From Octopus sinensis (taxonomy: Eukaryota), in assembly GCF_006345805.1 (NCBI RefSeq), contig NC_043010.1, positions 6,076,001 to 6,140,000 of the forward strand: 64,000 nt of DNA. Reading direction: 5' to 3'. Shown here piece after piece: positions 11,108 to 23,041 of this stretch; position 1 is the stretch's first letter; each line of letters begins with the position of its first letter. The notes below the pieces were generated by a model. That model worked only from the letters and a program-made list of their open reading frames with translations, had not been told where the DNA came from and did no database searches. Made by a program: the position numbers and the translations under genes.

Positions 11108-11716
11108 ATTCAGTTACCTTCAGTAAATATATTCTGACAGCTTCAATAACACTTATGGTTCTAAGTTCCTCCAAGCAAACTTTAGTAGGTATTGGTAATT
11201 TGGAAGAATATTTCACTCTTAATTGCACTAGTAATTCCAAATAGTTTGGTAATTCTGTCATATTTTCTATTGTTATTCTTTGATGTGAATGAATTTACTT
11301 CAGTTAAAGACTAAAGAAAGCAAAATAAAAAGTCCTATTTGGTGAAAATTTATCGTAAATTTATAAGTTCAAGAAATGTTATGACAATGTTATATAACTT
11401 TTGTAAAATATATTCTAAAATATTTCTTGATCAAATATTAATATTAAAGTACTTTATAATTACTTTTAAGGTTTTCATTAAAATATTTGCTGTAATATAC
11501 AAACTCTACTTTTATATAAGGTAAAGTTATTATTGGTAGTGTTACTAGTAAGAGTAAGTTAAATTATGTGATTATCGAAAGAAGACCCTGGCAAATGACT
11601 AGCTAAGTTATAATTTGAACTTAGTAAGCAGACAAACATAAAATGGTGCAAGGTTTTTAGACCGGTATTGTTCTGGTTTGGCAACTTCCTACCATTAGTT
11701 ACTAAATATTTTAGCA

Positions 11717-12009
11717 TTAGATATGCGATGTCGATAGAGGAGGTACCTCAGGTATTGTTGTTACTTTAGGTACAGCTGGTAGAGGTGGTTTACAGATAGA
11801 AGTGAAGGCACTTGTCATTGGTACTGAAGATGGTTGTTCACTTATATTGGATGTGGTCCCAGTTATATTCAAAGGTATGTGGTCGAGGTGACTAGAATTG
11901 TTAACATTTGGTTGATAGCAATAATTGTTATCTCCCCTCGATCGTTTGAGTGTGTGTGGAAGTTGATTTCTCCTATTCCATGTGTGATCACTTTGGTAAC
12001 GACACAGAT
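11717..12009 (-). CDS. Pcdh: Protocadherin gene 2, terminal coding exon (D-LCRYQSDHTWNRRNQ...VPPLSTSHI*), missed by the ORF track
   Basis: Acceptor tatttccAG 12011-12010. Hand translation in phase 1 is open to TAA at 11719-11717 and is homologous to the gene 1 terminal exon. Confidence 0.8.
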
Positions 12010-12736
12010 CTGGAAATATATATCGATTTATAAGTTAGCTTTTATAAGATTTTTAGGCATGATAAATCGAAGTAAAATTTCTTACGGAGGTTGTTAGTAA
12101 TGAAAAACCGAAGTATGAGTGTATGTAAAAAAAAAGAATAACGTCTACTGCGTAGATATGAGCATGAGGCACAAAAACAAAGGTTTGGTTTCACATTCAA
12201 AATAAGAATAAACGTTCCAAGTGTCTAAAAAGAACGATATTTGGTAATAATATTTTATATATTTATGAATGAGTGTGCGTGCATAGCCCTGATGGATCAT
12301 GGAATAAACTACCTGCATCAGATATTAGCTGTCTAGAAATTACATCCTTCCAAATTTCCATACACCTTGCAATTCGCTAACAGTACACCCCATTCCATTT
12401 CATTGTTTTTTTAAAGAATTTTTCACTGTTCACTTCCTGTGCGTATTCTATGCACTGTTCATGCTTTCTCTTACGAGTGGTACATTCTCTGATGAGTAGT
12501 AGTGCACCTAAGCACTGTATATATACAAGAAGTTCATTATATTATCATATTACGCTTCTCTCTTTTTCTCTCTAACAAACATTCTTTCAAAAAGAAATCG
12601 ATTATATTCAGACCATGGAAAGGGATGTGGTCTACAAGGTTTAAAATCTCCACTTCACACTATATCTCATAATGGCACCCTCCACTTATTTAAGGGTACC
12701 CCCATAACCACCACACACACAAACTATATGTGTGCA

Positions 12737-12742
<6 letters not shown>

Positions 12743-12801
<59 letters not shown>

Positions 12802-12820
12802 ATGTATGTATGTATGTATG
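12743..12820. repeat. (TG)n/(TA)n/(TATG)n compound microsatellite, representative of many others (about 3409, 3556, 7071, 11066, 38416, 48440-48567)
   Basis: Directly visible dinucleotide and tetranucleotide runs. Confidence 0.95.
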
Positions 12821-13149
12821 GTGGTAGGGTTCTCCTTTATAAAAATAAAATGAGCAATTTCCTTGCAAAGAAAATTATATATATGACATAGGCATTGGCA
12901 TGGCTGTGTGGGTAAGAATTTCACTTGTCAATCATATGGCTTCTAATTTAATCTCACTGCATGGAGCCCAGGGCAAATGTCTTCTAACACAGCCCTAGAC
13001 TGACAAAAGCTTTGTGAATGTTGAATGGAAACTGCCAAAAAAAAAAATTGTGTGCATGTGTTTGGGGTGAGTACTTATGTGGCCTTGTCTTGATGTCATG
13101 TGATAGTTGTCAACAAACATCAGAATCATACAAGCGATGTTGTGCTTTA

Positions 13150-13660
13150 TAATAATAATAATAATAATAACAATAATAATAATAATAATAATAATAATGA
13201 AATTATTGTATACAGTGCTCAGGTGCACCACAACTTGTCAGAAAGTGCGTATAAAGTACATGCAGTAATGTACAAATGTCTGGAAAGCGAACAATGTATG
13301 AGTCAGATACATGCTTGTGTGTGTATGGAGGGGAGAAAATCAGGTGTAGTGTTGGCGAATCTCAGAAAGCATGGAAGTTTTGAAGGATGCAGTGCTCCGA
13401 CAACTAAGAACTGATGGTGGGAGTTTGTTCCATACTTCAGCAACTCTTAGCATGAAAAAATGTTTCCTGAAGTCATGGGAGCTGTGCTGTTTTCTGACTT
13501 TGTAAATATGTCCATGGGTGTTAGATGGGTGGAGTTTGAAAAGGTGCTCAGAGTTATTGTTTGTACGATGGTTGATAATTTTATGGGTGTCTGCCAAGTC
13601 AGCTGCCAGATGTCGGAGTTTCAATGTGTCCATGCCCAGGGAAGTAAGGCGTTCATTTCT
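13150..13660 (-). mobile_element. 3' fragment of a CR1/L2-clade LINE with an (ATT)n tail, in intron of gene 2
   Basis: ORF 13340..13633 reads ...DL..HKII...F.....THGHIYKVRK.....RKHFF..RV..VWNKLP..V...S..SFK, the typical C-terminus of CR1-type ORF2. The trinucleotide tail is at 13150-13200. Confidence 0.8.
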
Positions 13661-13891
13661 AGTATTTCATTAAAAAAAACATTTTAAGCCTTGTGAAAAG
13701 AATGTCTTTTTTGGACGCAAATGACGATTAGTGACAGGATGGACATCAGGCATAAAAAGCAGGTTTTGTTCAGCTCATACAACCATGGAAGCATGAACAT
13801 TAAAACAAACGATGATGGTAACTAACTGTATTAAAATACATTTACAAATTATTAGAGTATATTGTAAAAATATTCAGTACCACTAACTTAC

Positions 13892-14042
13892 CTGGCAGTT
13901 CCTCATAATGTCCAGCACTACTGACACTCCAGCCATGACCACTATCAGTGAGAGAGCACAATGTTGACATCTCATTGAATTGGTCAAAACTGTTTAATTC
14001 TCTGTAACCCGGAGCCATACTCTCTTCTTTTGGTACAAACAT
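13892..14042 (-). CDS. Pcdh: Protocadherin gene 2, 151-nt cytoplasmic exon
   Basis: Acceptor AG 14044-14043, donor GTAAGT from 13891, 151 nt. Encodes MFVPKEESMAPGYREL...DSGHGWSVSSAGHYEELP. Confidence 0.88.
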
Positions 14043-14329
14043 CTAAAATAGTAGAAAAAATCCAATGCATTCCATAATAATTCTAGTTTTGTGTGCATAT
14101 TATTAGGTGTAACATCAAGTATAACCATTTATATAGATCATATTAATTATCATGTTAGTTAGTATAACATTTTAAACAGTAATTTAGAATCTTCATCTTT
14201 GAAATTAGAATTGATCAAATGTGATTAACCATATTCTTTTATATTCTGTGGAAGTACTCCTAAAGTTCTCAAGAAATTTCTTCAAATTTCATGCTACTAC
14301 TGGAATTTCAAAAGCGAATATTATCTCAC

Positions 14330-16726
14330 CTGTTCATGTTGTCTTAATGTCCGATTATCCCATCTATCACTTGGCATGGTTCTGCAGTAAGTATCTTCCC
14401 TATAAACCTTTGATTCTTGAGATGGCTTCAGTTTTCTCGACATTGTGTACGAAATGCCAGGTGGAACACAGGTAGGATCAAATATATATTTCGATTGCGT
14501 GTTTAATGCAGGTGTAACCTTGTGGTACATATCAACACTGTTGTTATAGTTGTTGTCTGTCTGCTTCAGTCTATGAACTATACAGATCGATATAGAGATC
14601 ACTATGACAACTGATACGATCACAGCTGCTACAACAATAACAATCATCACATTCAATTGGAGACCATTACTTGATTCTGTTGTTGTCTTTGAAGGGGTCT
14701 TAAATATCTTTGATGTGCTGTTACTAACTGTTAGAGTCAAAGACAAAGTTGTTGTCGATGACAGAACTGGACTGCCACTGTCTTTCACACCTAATTCCAG
14801 TTCATAGAATCCAGCATCATTTTGGTAAAGTGAGCGAGAGAAAGATAAGACACCAGAGTGATGGTTCATTTGAAATAAGTGTTTCTCATTACCTCTGAGT
14901 ATTTCATATGTGAGGAAGGCATTGTGTTGGCTGTCTCTGTCGGAGGCCCTAACAACTGTGATATCATGGTCAGAGTAGGGATGGTAGTGGACATTAAGAC
15001 TGAAAGGGTCAACATTAGGGAAACTGAAATAGGGAGCATTATCATTTAAATCCATAACCTCAACAACAACATTTGCTCTCTTCTCCAGTGATGGTGTTCC
15101 TTTATCTTTTACTAAAACCTTAAACTCATACAGGTTCTTTTCTTCTCTGTCTAGGGACTCAGTTGTGGAAATGAATCCCACATCAGATATCTGAAATGGT
15201 AGAATATCTTTTCCATTAGATAATAGAGAATAGGTTAATTGTCCTCCGTCTCCAATATCTGGGTCTGTGGCATTGACATATCCAACAGGGAAGTCTTTGT
15301 GTTCATTTTCATAGGTGAGAAACTTAAATATGTCCTGACTAAACTGAGGTTGTACATCATTTATGTCAGTAACCAGCACAGAAAACTGTTTCTCTACTTT
15401 CAATGGAGGTAAACCATTATCTTGACATTTAATGGTGAAATTAAAGCTCTTCTCACTCTCTCTATCTATTTCACTCTTGACAACAACTTTGTATTTCTTT
15501 TCAGACACTGAGATTAGCTGAAGATATCTATTTTGTAAATAGCACTTCACTTGTCCATTTGCTCCACTGTCGTTGTCAGTAACTTTGACATAAGCAACAA
15601 AACTGCCAATTTTAGATGCTTCTGAGATGACAGCTGTTTTTCCAGTTGACTTAATGACAAATCTGAAGTCAATGTTTGGTGGATTGTTAAGATGAGTGAT
15701 TCCATTTATTAGAACAGTAACAGTTGAGGACATAGGTGGTTTACCATTATCTCTGGCTTCAATAAATAGCTCATAAATTTTACCAAAATTAAAGTCTTTC
15801 TTCAAAAATAATTCTCCTGTTGCTTCATCTAATTGAAAGCACTCTTTTACCATTTTGGGTGTTTTAGCATTATTGAAGACATAAGAAATTCTTCCATTTT
15901 CTCCTACATCTAAATCTGTAGCAGACAACCTCACAACAGGTTTGTTTACCTCGTGTGTATCATTTATAGTGACATTGTAAATATTCTGGGAGAATACAGG
16001 GTAGTTATCGTTTTTATCTTCTACAAATATTTTTATATCCAGTACACCTCCCTTTGATGGGGATCCTTCATCTTTTGCAATTAACTTAACATTGTAAATG
16101 TCTTTTGTCTCACGGTCCAAGTTACCTTCCAAAATTAGTTGTAATAGATCTGTTCCATCTGGTTTTTTAGAAACAAACAGCTGAAATGGTATATCCACTT
16201 TCTCTTTGAGTTGGTAAGTTAGCTTAGAATTCTGAATGCTAATATCATTATCAATGGCATTTGGAAGTGTTTCTTTTGTTCCTTTTAATGCACTTTCATC
16301 ATATTTTAAATGAAATTCTTTGTTTGGGAAAATGGGATAATTATCATTGACATCATCTATCATAACTTTGATTTCTAATATCTTGATAACAGAATGGCCA
16401 TGTTGAAGTGCCATTTCTAATACCCTGAAACATTCCACATTATATTGACATAGGGATTCTGCATCCAATATGGCAGCTGTGTACAGTTTTCCTCCAGGTG
16501 TAACATTAAATAACTGAACACTTCTATCAGTACTACCCTGGAGTACATTAAATGTCAATTTTTTGCTATCATCCTGAGATGGTACATTATCCAATAAGTG
16601 TGTATCAGTGACAATATCTCCAATATAGCTGTGTATGTCATTGTTCTCTTTTACATGGTAGGTATGATCCACACACAGACAGCTTTCAGCTATCAATAGC
16701 AAAGCCAATAATTTCATTGGAAACAT
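14330..16726 (-). CDS. Pcdh: Protocadherin gene 2, large exon (799 codons; spliced protein about 946 aa)
   Basis: Six EC repeats plus TM. Acceptor (T)14cAG 7 nt before ATG 16726. Donor CAG|GTGAGA at 14330. Confidence 0.95.
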
Positions 16727-17020
16727 TTTCGAGCTGAAAAAAAAAAAAAAATGACTTGAAATTCATATTCAGAAATGTGAATATAATAAATATAATGTAG
16801 CATTTAATTCCATGAATTCAATCTCTAATTTTAATTTGATTTATGATATACTTATCAGAGAGAAAAAGATGCGTTTCCTTGTTCCCTTTTTATGTGACTG
16901 GTGGATATTCCAAGAGTGACATTAGTCAGACATCAGCAACAATAAACATAGAAGTGCTGACATCAATCAAATTATTTGATGGAATTTGATTAACTTGCCT
17001 GAAATGAAAGCATATATAAG

Positions 17021-17630
17021 TGCAGGAGTGGCTGTGTGATAAGTTTACTTCCCAACAACATGTCTCTGAGTTCAGTCCCAGTGTGTGGCACCTTGGTCAA
17101 GTCTCTTCAGTTACAGTCTAACCGAACACTTGTAGAAGGTATTTGAGTATTTGGTAGATGGAAACAGAAAGAGGTCCTCTGTGTGTGTGTGTGTGTGTGT
17201 CTTTGCACTTGTCTGCCACCACCACTTGACAACTGGTGTTGTTTTGTGTAAAGTCTCTGAAACTTAGCAGTTTGGCAAAAGAGACCAATAGCATAAGTAT
17301 CGATCTTAAAAACGAAGTACTGTAGTCGATTTGTTCATTTAAACCAGTGGTTTTCAACCAGGGTTCCGTGGAACCTTAGGGTTCCGCCAGTACAGTCCAG
17401 GGGCTTCGCAAGTAGTTACAAAACTGCTAAAATCGGCTGTAATTTTTAATTCTCCTGTGCAGATATGTGTGCATAAGACTATTAAATTATTGCACAGGGG
17501 TTCCCCGAGCCAGTGGAATATTTCCTTGGGGTTCCGATCCAGCAAAACGTTTGAAAAGCACTGATTTAAACCCTTCAAAGTGTTGCCCAAGCATGGCTAC
17601 AATCCAATGACTGAAGCAAGTAAAAAAAAA
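17021..17630 (+). mobile_element. tRNA-derived SINE (family A), interrupted by a hAT MITE
   Basis: Head TGCAGGAGTGGCTGTGTG. Body homologous to 7731-8134. The sequence resumes after the insertion at 17564. Confidence 0.72.
17345..17563. mobile_element. Non-autonomous hAT-superfamily MITE (219 bp)
   Basis: TIRs CAGTGGTTTTCAA / TTGAAAAGCACTG (1 mismatch in 13) and a perfect 8-bp TSD ATTTAAAC (17337-17344 and 17564-17571). Confidence 0.88.
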
Positions 17631-17744
17631 GGTGGAGGATCTGACTGAAAGAGAAGGGGAAGATAAATACAAAATAGTACATAGCAATGTTATTCTTGGT
17701 TACCACATACCACTTACAATATATTCTATACTATACCTATTTTT

Positions 17745-17970
17745 TTACTACTCACAAGGGGCTAAACACAGAGGGGACAAACAAGGACAGACAAACGGAT
17801 TAAGTCAATTATATCGACCCCAGTGCGTAACTGGTACTTATTTAATCCACCCCGAAAGGATGAAAGGCAAAGTCGACCGTGGCAGAATTTGAACTCAGAA
17901 CGTAGCGGCAGACGAAATATTGCTAAACATTTCGCCTGGTGTACTAACAATTCTGCCAGCTCGCCACCTA
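17745..17970 (-). mobile_element. Second tRNA-derived SINE family (family B)
   Basis: Minus-strand head GGTGGCGAGCTGGCAGAA...GTTCTGAGTTCAAATTCTGCC (A/B-box-like). Fragments of the same family occur at about 20490, 29435, 39185-39330, 48790-48920 and 58215-58330. Confidence 0.7.
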
Positions 17971-19077
17971 TACTATACCATTTTACACTTCTGACCTGAT
18001 AAAACAATGTGCATACAAACACACATATACTTTACTTTCAAAATATGCCCCAAATAATGCTGATGTTTTTAATATAACAATTTTTTTATTGAGAGTTTAC
18101 AGAGTGAGAAATTATTGTACAGAATACCTTGTGGTATTCATTCCTGCTCTATGTAACCTTTGTTTAAATCTCATAATGATGAACTTCAACATACATTTTT
18201 TCAGGGTCGTTAATTAAAGTACAACTTCAGCCTTGGATTGATCCTTCTTCCCTATCTTTCTGACACTCTCTTGTCTCTGTGATAGATCCCTAATAAAAGG
18301 TTTCAAGATTACATCGAAAATTTCATATCTACACTTATAGTAATTATGCTGCATAACTCAACTTCTTCGGATACAATGTCTAGCAAGAACGAGCAGACCT
18401 TTGATTCAAGGCATTCAAGCTAAGAACATCATATTTTCTTATAGAAGATTTGAAAAAATGCACTGTTACTTGACATTCCATTTCTAAAGGCTGCAGGATA
18501 CGAATCGAGGGAGATTTGGCTGTTATCTCTAGCAGGTCAAGCAACGTCGTCAAAAAAAAATCCTCCCTCATTAGTGCATTAAGAGTAACCTCCCTTCCTA
18601 ATAACACTTCTCAGTCGCTCATTCATAAAAGGAACCATTCTAAAGAAAATAGAGAACTGTATTTCACAATATAGAGCAAAAACTTGATAAACAAGGCAAC
18701 TAATATAATCTACATCCTGTCATTATCATAATTATATCCAATCATTATTAACTTCAACTATTACTATATAGACGACAAAACTGAGAATACTGAAGAAGGA
18801 AATATGTATTTAAGAAAATGTAATTGCTATATAGCTGTTAAAATAACAATAAACAGTTTTTCTATTATTTTGAAACGACCAGGCTTCATCATTTGTAGAA
18901 AATGTATTGGAAATAATTAAGTAAAAGACGTTTGAATATAACATTGTAATACAGGAAGTACTAATCTGACTTATACATTGATGTAGTATTTCCAGGATTG
19001 TAGGTTACTAGTAGACAGATGAACAAATATCTGAAGAACCAATTTACATAACAAAATAACTTTTAATAAATACTTAC

Positions 19078-19320
19078 CAACAGTTGTCAGTTGTTTATAT
19101 TGTTGTTAATGAACTTTTTCAAAGTTCTGGCAACACAAAGTTTTAATAGTGGCAGTAGTTCTGAGTAGTTTGGTATGTAATAGTTTTATATAGTTCTATC
19201 AAGCTGGTTGTGTAGTATGTAATGTGTGTTGTAGCCAATGACAAGCTGTCTTTTATTCCAATGCAAGGAAACGGAAATACAGCCTCCAGTTCTTGCAGTA
19301 AATGATGGGCTGACTCACAA
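19078..19320 (-). promoter_or_regulatory. Promoter P2 plus non-coding exon 1 (about 19078-19162) of gene 2
   Basis: TATATAAAA 19192-19184, Inr-like A at 19162, CCAAT 19235-19239 and 19258-19262, TGACTCA 19311-19317, donor GT 19077-19076. Confidence 0.7.
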
Positions 19321-20819
19321 AATATTTCACTTAGACACACTCATGTATAGATACATACATATACATGTGTGTGTGGTGAGAAGAAACCCAACTAAATGGA
19401 TGCAAATATTAATAAGGTTTAAAGCAATGAAATATAAAATTAAAGTATATTAAAAATATATAATATTTTAATTTCAATGCATAAAAGCATTTTCTAACTT
19501 CAGTCAAAGTTGCAAAACTTTTCATCTCAGATTTCTCTTTGGTTTTACAAAATTATCTGCTTGAGACAAACTTGATAAATTTTATTGAATAATATTTTTA
19601 AAAGTTAATTTCCTTAAAAATTGTTGAACTCATTTGAAAATACGAAATTATGGCTCCAAATAATTGTATTCAATAATGATTAGAAAATGGGCACTTATTT
19701 CTAATGTTCCTTGTAGAGAAATAAAAAGTATGAAATGGAAAATGTGTCTATGGAATTTTCACATTTGAGACTTAACATAAATATCAATTAAAATTGAAGC
19801 CTATCCATTAAATTAAGTAACAAATGGAATTCCTTTCTGATATATATATATAAATACATAAAATGTATCTAATTTTCTTTTATTTTTTTTGCCCACCTTT
19901 TTGGAAAGTTTATCAATAATGCATATTTTTTATATTGCTTTGAAATGGTAATCTAATGCTGAAAATTTAGAAACAGAGTAAAGTATTTTGTATAGTTTGA
20001 CTACATAACAAAAATACTTTTAAGGAGAAGAAATATTGCTTTTCCAGGGCTTAGATAAAACTGTTTCTTTTTAAGTTAGGTTAACTATTGAAATTATGCA
20101 AGTTTCAATAGATTTTATAAGAAAATGTCCAGAAAGTACAATGGAGAATTGTGTTATATATTTTTGTATAGCTTCCCTATGCATATATATATCCAGATAT
20201 CTTCAGTATATATAATGATAACTTCAATAACGTACATAGTTATAAGTTTCTCAGTAAAAACTTTGGTAGATATCAACTGATAGTTTGTGAGAATATTTCA
20301 TTCTTAACTGTACCAGTCATGCCAAATACTTTGGTAATTCTGTCATATTTTCTGTTTGTAATTCCTTAGTATAAATGAATTTACTTCAATTAAAGATTAA
20401 ATAAGAAAAAATTATCATAAATTTATAACTTTATGAAATGTTATGATGATGTTAATATTAATATTAAATTCTTTATAATTACTTTTCATCAACCCCAAAA
20501 GGATGAAAGGCAAAGTCGACCTCTGTGGAATTTGAAATCAGAACGTAAAGACAGACGAAATACCACTAAGCAATTATAATTCCTTTTCATACTTTCATTG
20601 AGATATTTGTAGTAATAGACAAGCTCTACTTTTATATAAGATAAAATTGTTTTTGGTCTTGTCTCTAGTAAGAGGAAGTAAAATTATGTAAGCTGCTAAA
20701 GAAGACTGGCAAATAATTGGCAAAGTCATCTGTGGTAGAATATGATTTGAAATTAGTACACAAATATAAAATACGGTCAGGATTTTAGGCAGTCCTTGTT
20801 CTAGTTCTGCTGCTACCTG

Positions 20820-21166
20820 TCATTGGTTTCTAAATAGTGCAGCATTAGTTTTGTGGTGCTGATAGAGGTGGTACTGAGGTATTGAAGGTACCTTTGGTAA
20901 TGTTGTTACTTTAGGTACAGCTGGCAGAAGTGGTTTACAGTTTGAAATAAAGGCACTTGTCATTGGCACCGTCGATGATGGTTCAGTTGTATTAGATGTG
21001 GTCCCAGCTGTAGTCAAAGGTATTTGGTCGAGATGATAAGAAGGGCTCTTGTCAACATTTGGTTGGTAGGGATATCCGTTGTTGTTATCTCCCCTTGATC
21101 TGTCGAGGGTGTGTTGAGGGTGGTTTCTCCTATTCCATGTATAATCACTTTGATATCGACATAGAT
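20820..21166 (-). CDS. Pcdh: Protocadherin gene 3, terminal coding exon with a 1-nt deletion that alters the last residues (...SIPQYHLYQHHKTNAALFRNQ*)
   Basis: Acceptor AG 21168-21167. Plus-strand GGTACTGAGG here versus GGTACTTGAGG in genes 4-7. Confidence 0.72.
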
Positions 21167-21604
21167 CTGGAAGTATATCGATTTATTGGCTGTTTTTTTT
21201 TTTCAGGCAAACTGAATAAAAGCAAACTGGTTTAAATGGGTTTATAGCAAGGAAAAATCAAAGCATTAGTATATTTTAACAAAAAAAAAAGCTATGCCCC
21301 AGCTATCCTGTCTAGAGTGAGCGCCATGCACTGTGATATCTTGGGATTCAAGGGTCCACAGCTATTTAATGTCTCATCCAAACATCTCAGGGATCTTCAT
21401 GGAGTGGAGTAGATGTTTTCAAGGAATAACTTGACCTCTTGCTATCTACTGTCCCAGATGGAACTGTATTATGTCAAAAAACTCAATAGAGAGCAAACAG
21501 TGTTGGACTCTTTCCATCACTAAAAGCAAATCATGTAAGATTGGCCATTGAAAACATGATTTCAGCCTTAGCACAGAATCGTATAAATAAATAAATAAAG
21601 TCCC

Positions 21605-21980
21605 GTTCAGGTGCCAGTCCCACTGTATGGCACTTTGGACAAGTGTCTTCTACTATAGCCTCGGGCCAACCAAAGCCTTGTGAGTGGATTTGGTAGACGG
21701 AAACTGAAAAGAAGCCCGTCATATATATGTATATGTATATATATATATATGTATGTGTGTGTATGTTTGTGTGTGTGTGTTTGTGTGTGTGTGTTTGTCA
21801 CCCCAACATCGCTTGACAACCAATGCTGGTGTGTTTACATCCCCATAACTTAGCGGTTCGGCAAAAGACACTGATAGAATAAGTACTAGGCTTACAAAGA
21901 ATAAGTCCTGGGTTTGATTTGCTCGATTAAAAGTGGTGCTCCAGCATGGCCACAGTCATATGACTGAAACAAGTAAGAGA
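21605..21980 (+). mobile_element. 5'-truncated family A SINE in the last intron of gene 3; orthologous copies at about 30572-30920, 40743-41090 and 49972-50320
   Basis: Same body and tail as 7731-8134. Same position in genes 3-6, so it was inserted before their duplication. Confidence 0.78.
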
Positions 21981-22510
21981 TTATATATGTACAAGCTATA
22001 CAAGACAAAATTTGCCTTCACTTTTATGGTGAAGGCTCTAGCATGGCCGTGTGATGAAGAATTTCACTTCTCAACCACATGATTATAGGTTTAGTCCTCT
22101 ACTGCTGTCTCAGACAAGTCAAATTCTTTTGAACGATAATACAAACAGATAAAAGGGTGGAATACAGACAATTTTCTGATAGTATTTATCATTCAAATGT
22201 AATAATTGTGTGTTTGTCTCCTGACTTTGATAGTTGTCAGCAAGCATTGGCATCACACATGCTGTAGAATTCATTTCTAAGTTTTCATGAAAGCATGTCC
22301 AGCAAAAGGGAAAATATTACCTTGCTTGGAAACAGTTGGGTGCTGGTGACAAGAAGGCAAAAACGGTCATGAAATATCTGCCTCAAAGAATTCTATTCAA
22401 TCCATGTTAGTATTCCAAAGTGGATTAAAAAGGATGATGATGATGGTAACTAAATATAGACCAATAGATTATCATACTATATTGAAGAAATATTTATTTT
22501 TCTAACTTAC

Positions 22511-22661
22511 CTGGCAGTTCCTCATAGTGACCAGCACTGCCGACACTCCATCCATGACCCCTATCAGTGCGAGATGACAATGTTGACATCTCATTGAATT
22601 GGTCAGAACTGTTTAGTTCTCTGTAACCAGGAGACATACTTTCTTCTCTGGGAACAAATAT
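22511..22661 (-). CDS. Pcdh: Protocadherin gene 3, 151-nt cytoplasmic exon
   Basis: AG 22663-22662, GTAAGT from 22510, 151 nt. Encodes IFVPREESMSPGYREL...DRGHGWSVGSAGHYEELP. Confidence 0.88.
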
Positions 22662-23041
22662 CTAAATACAAATATATAGATTCAATGTATCATCATAATG
22701 TTAAGGGCATTCCAAAAATATATATGCGTACAGAAACATCCACCTGTCCTCCATATCTACATGCACACACAAAAAAGTGCATCATAGTGTCCTCAATATT
22801 TCGAAATAGAAATACATAAAATTGAAATAAGACAAAGTAAGTTATGCCCATGCTTAGAAAGTTTTAGTTGTCAATAGGAGTTGCAGTCAAACAAGAAATA
22901 ATATAATTTGCAATAAGAGCTAGAAATAAAAGATCCATGAATTCAAAGAAATCATATTTAATAAGAAATACCAGAACAAAATATTACTCTGCAAACAACT
23001 AGTGATCAACCATTCAAACAACTGGTAATTAACTGTCTTAC

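Noticed and set aside
23006-23041. C-termini VR* and VRQLITSCLNG* as the main protein ends
   Set aside because: They begin at a consensus GTAAG donor, and downstream exons continue the frame. They are kept only as a low-priority intron-retention hypothesis.
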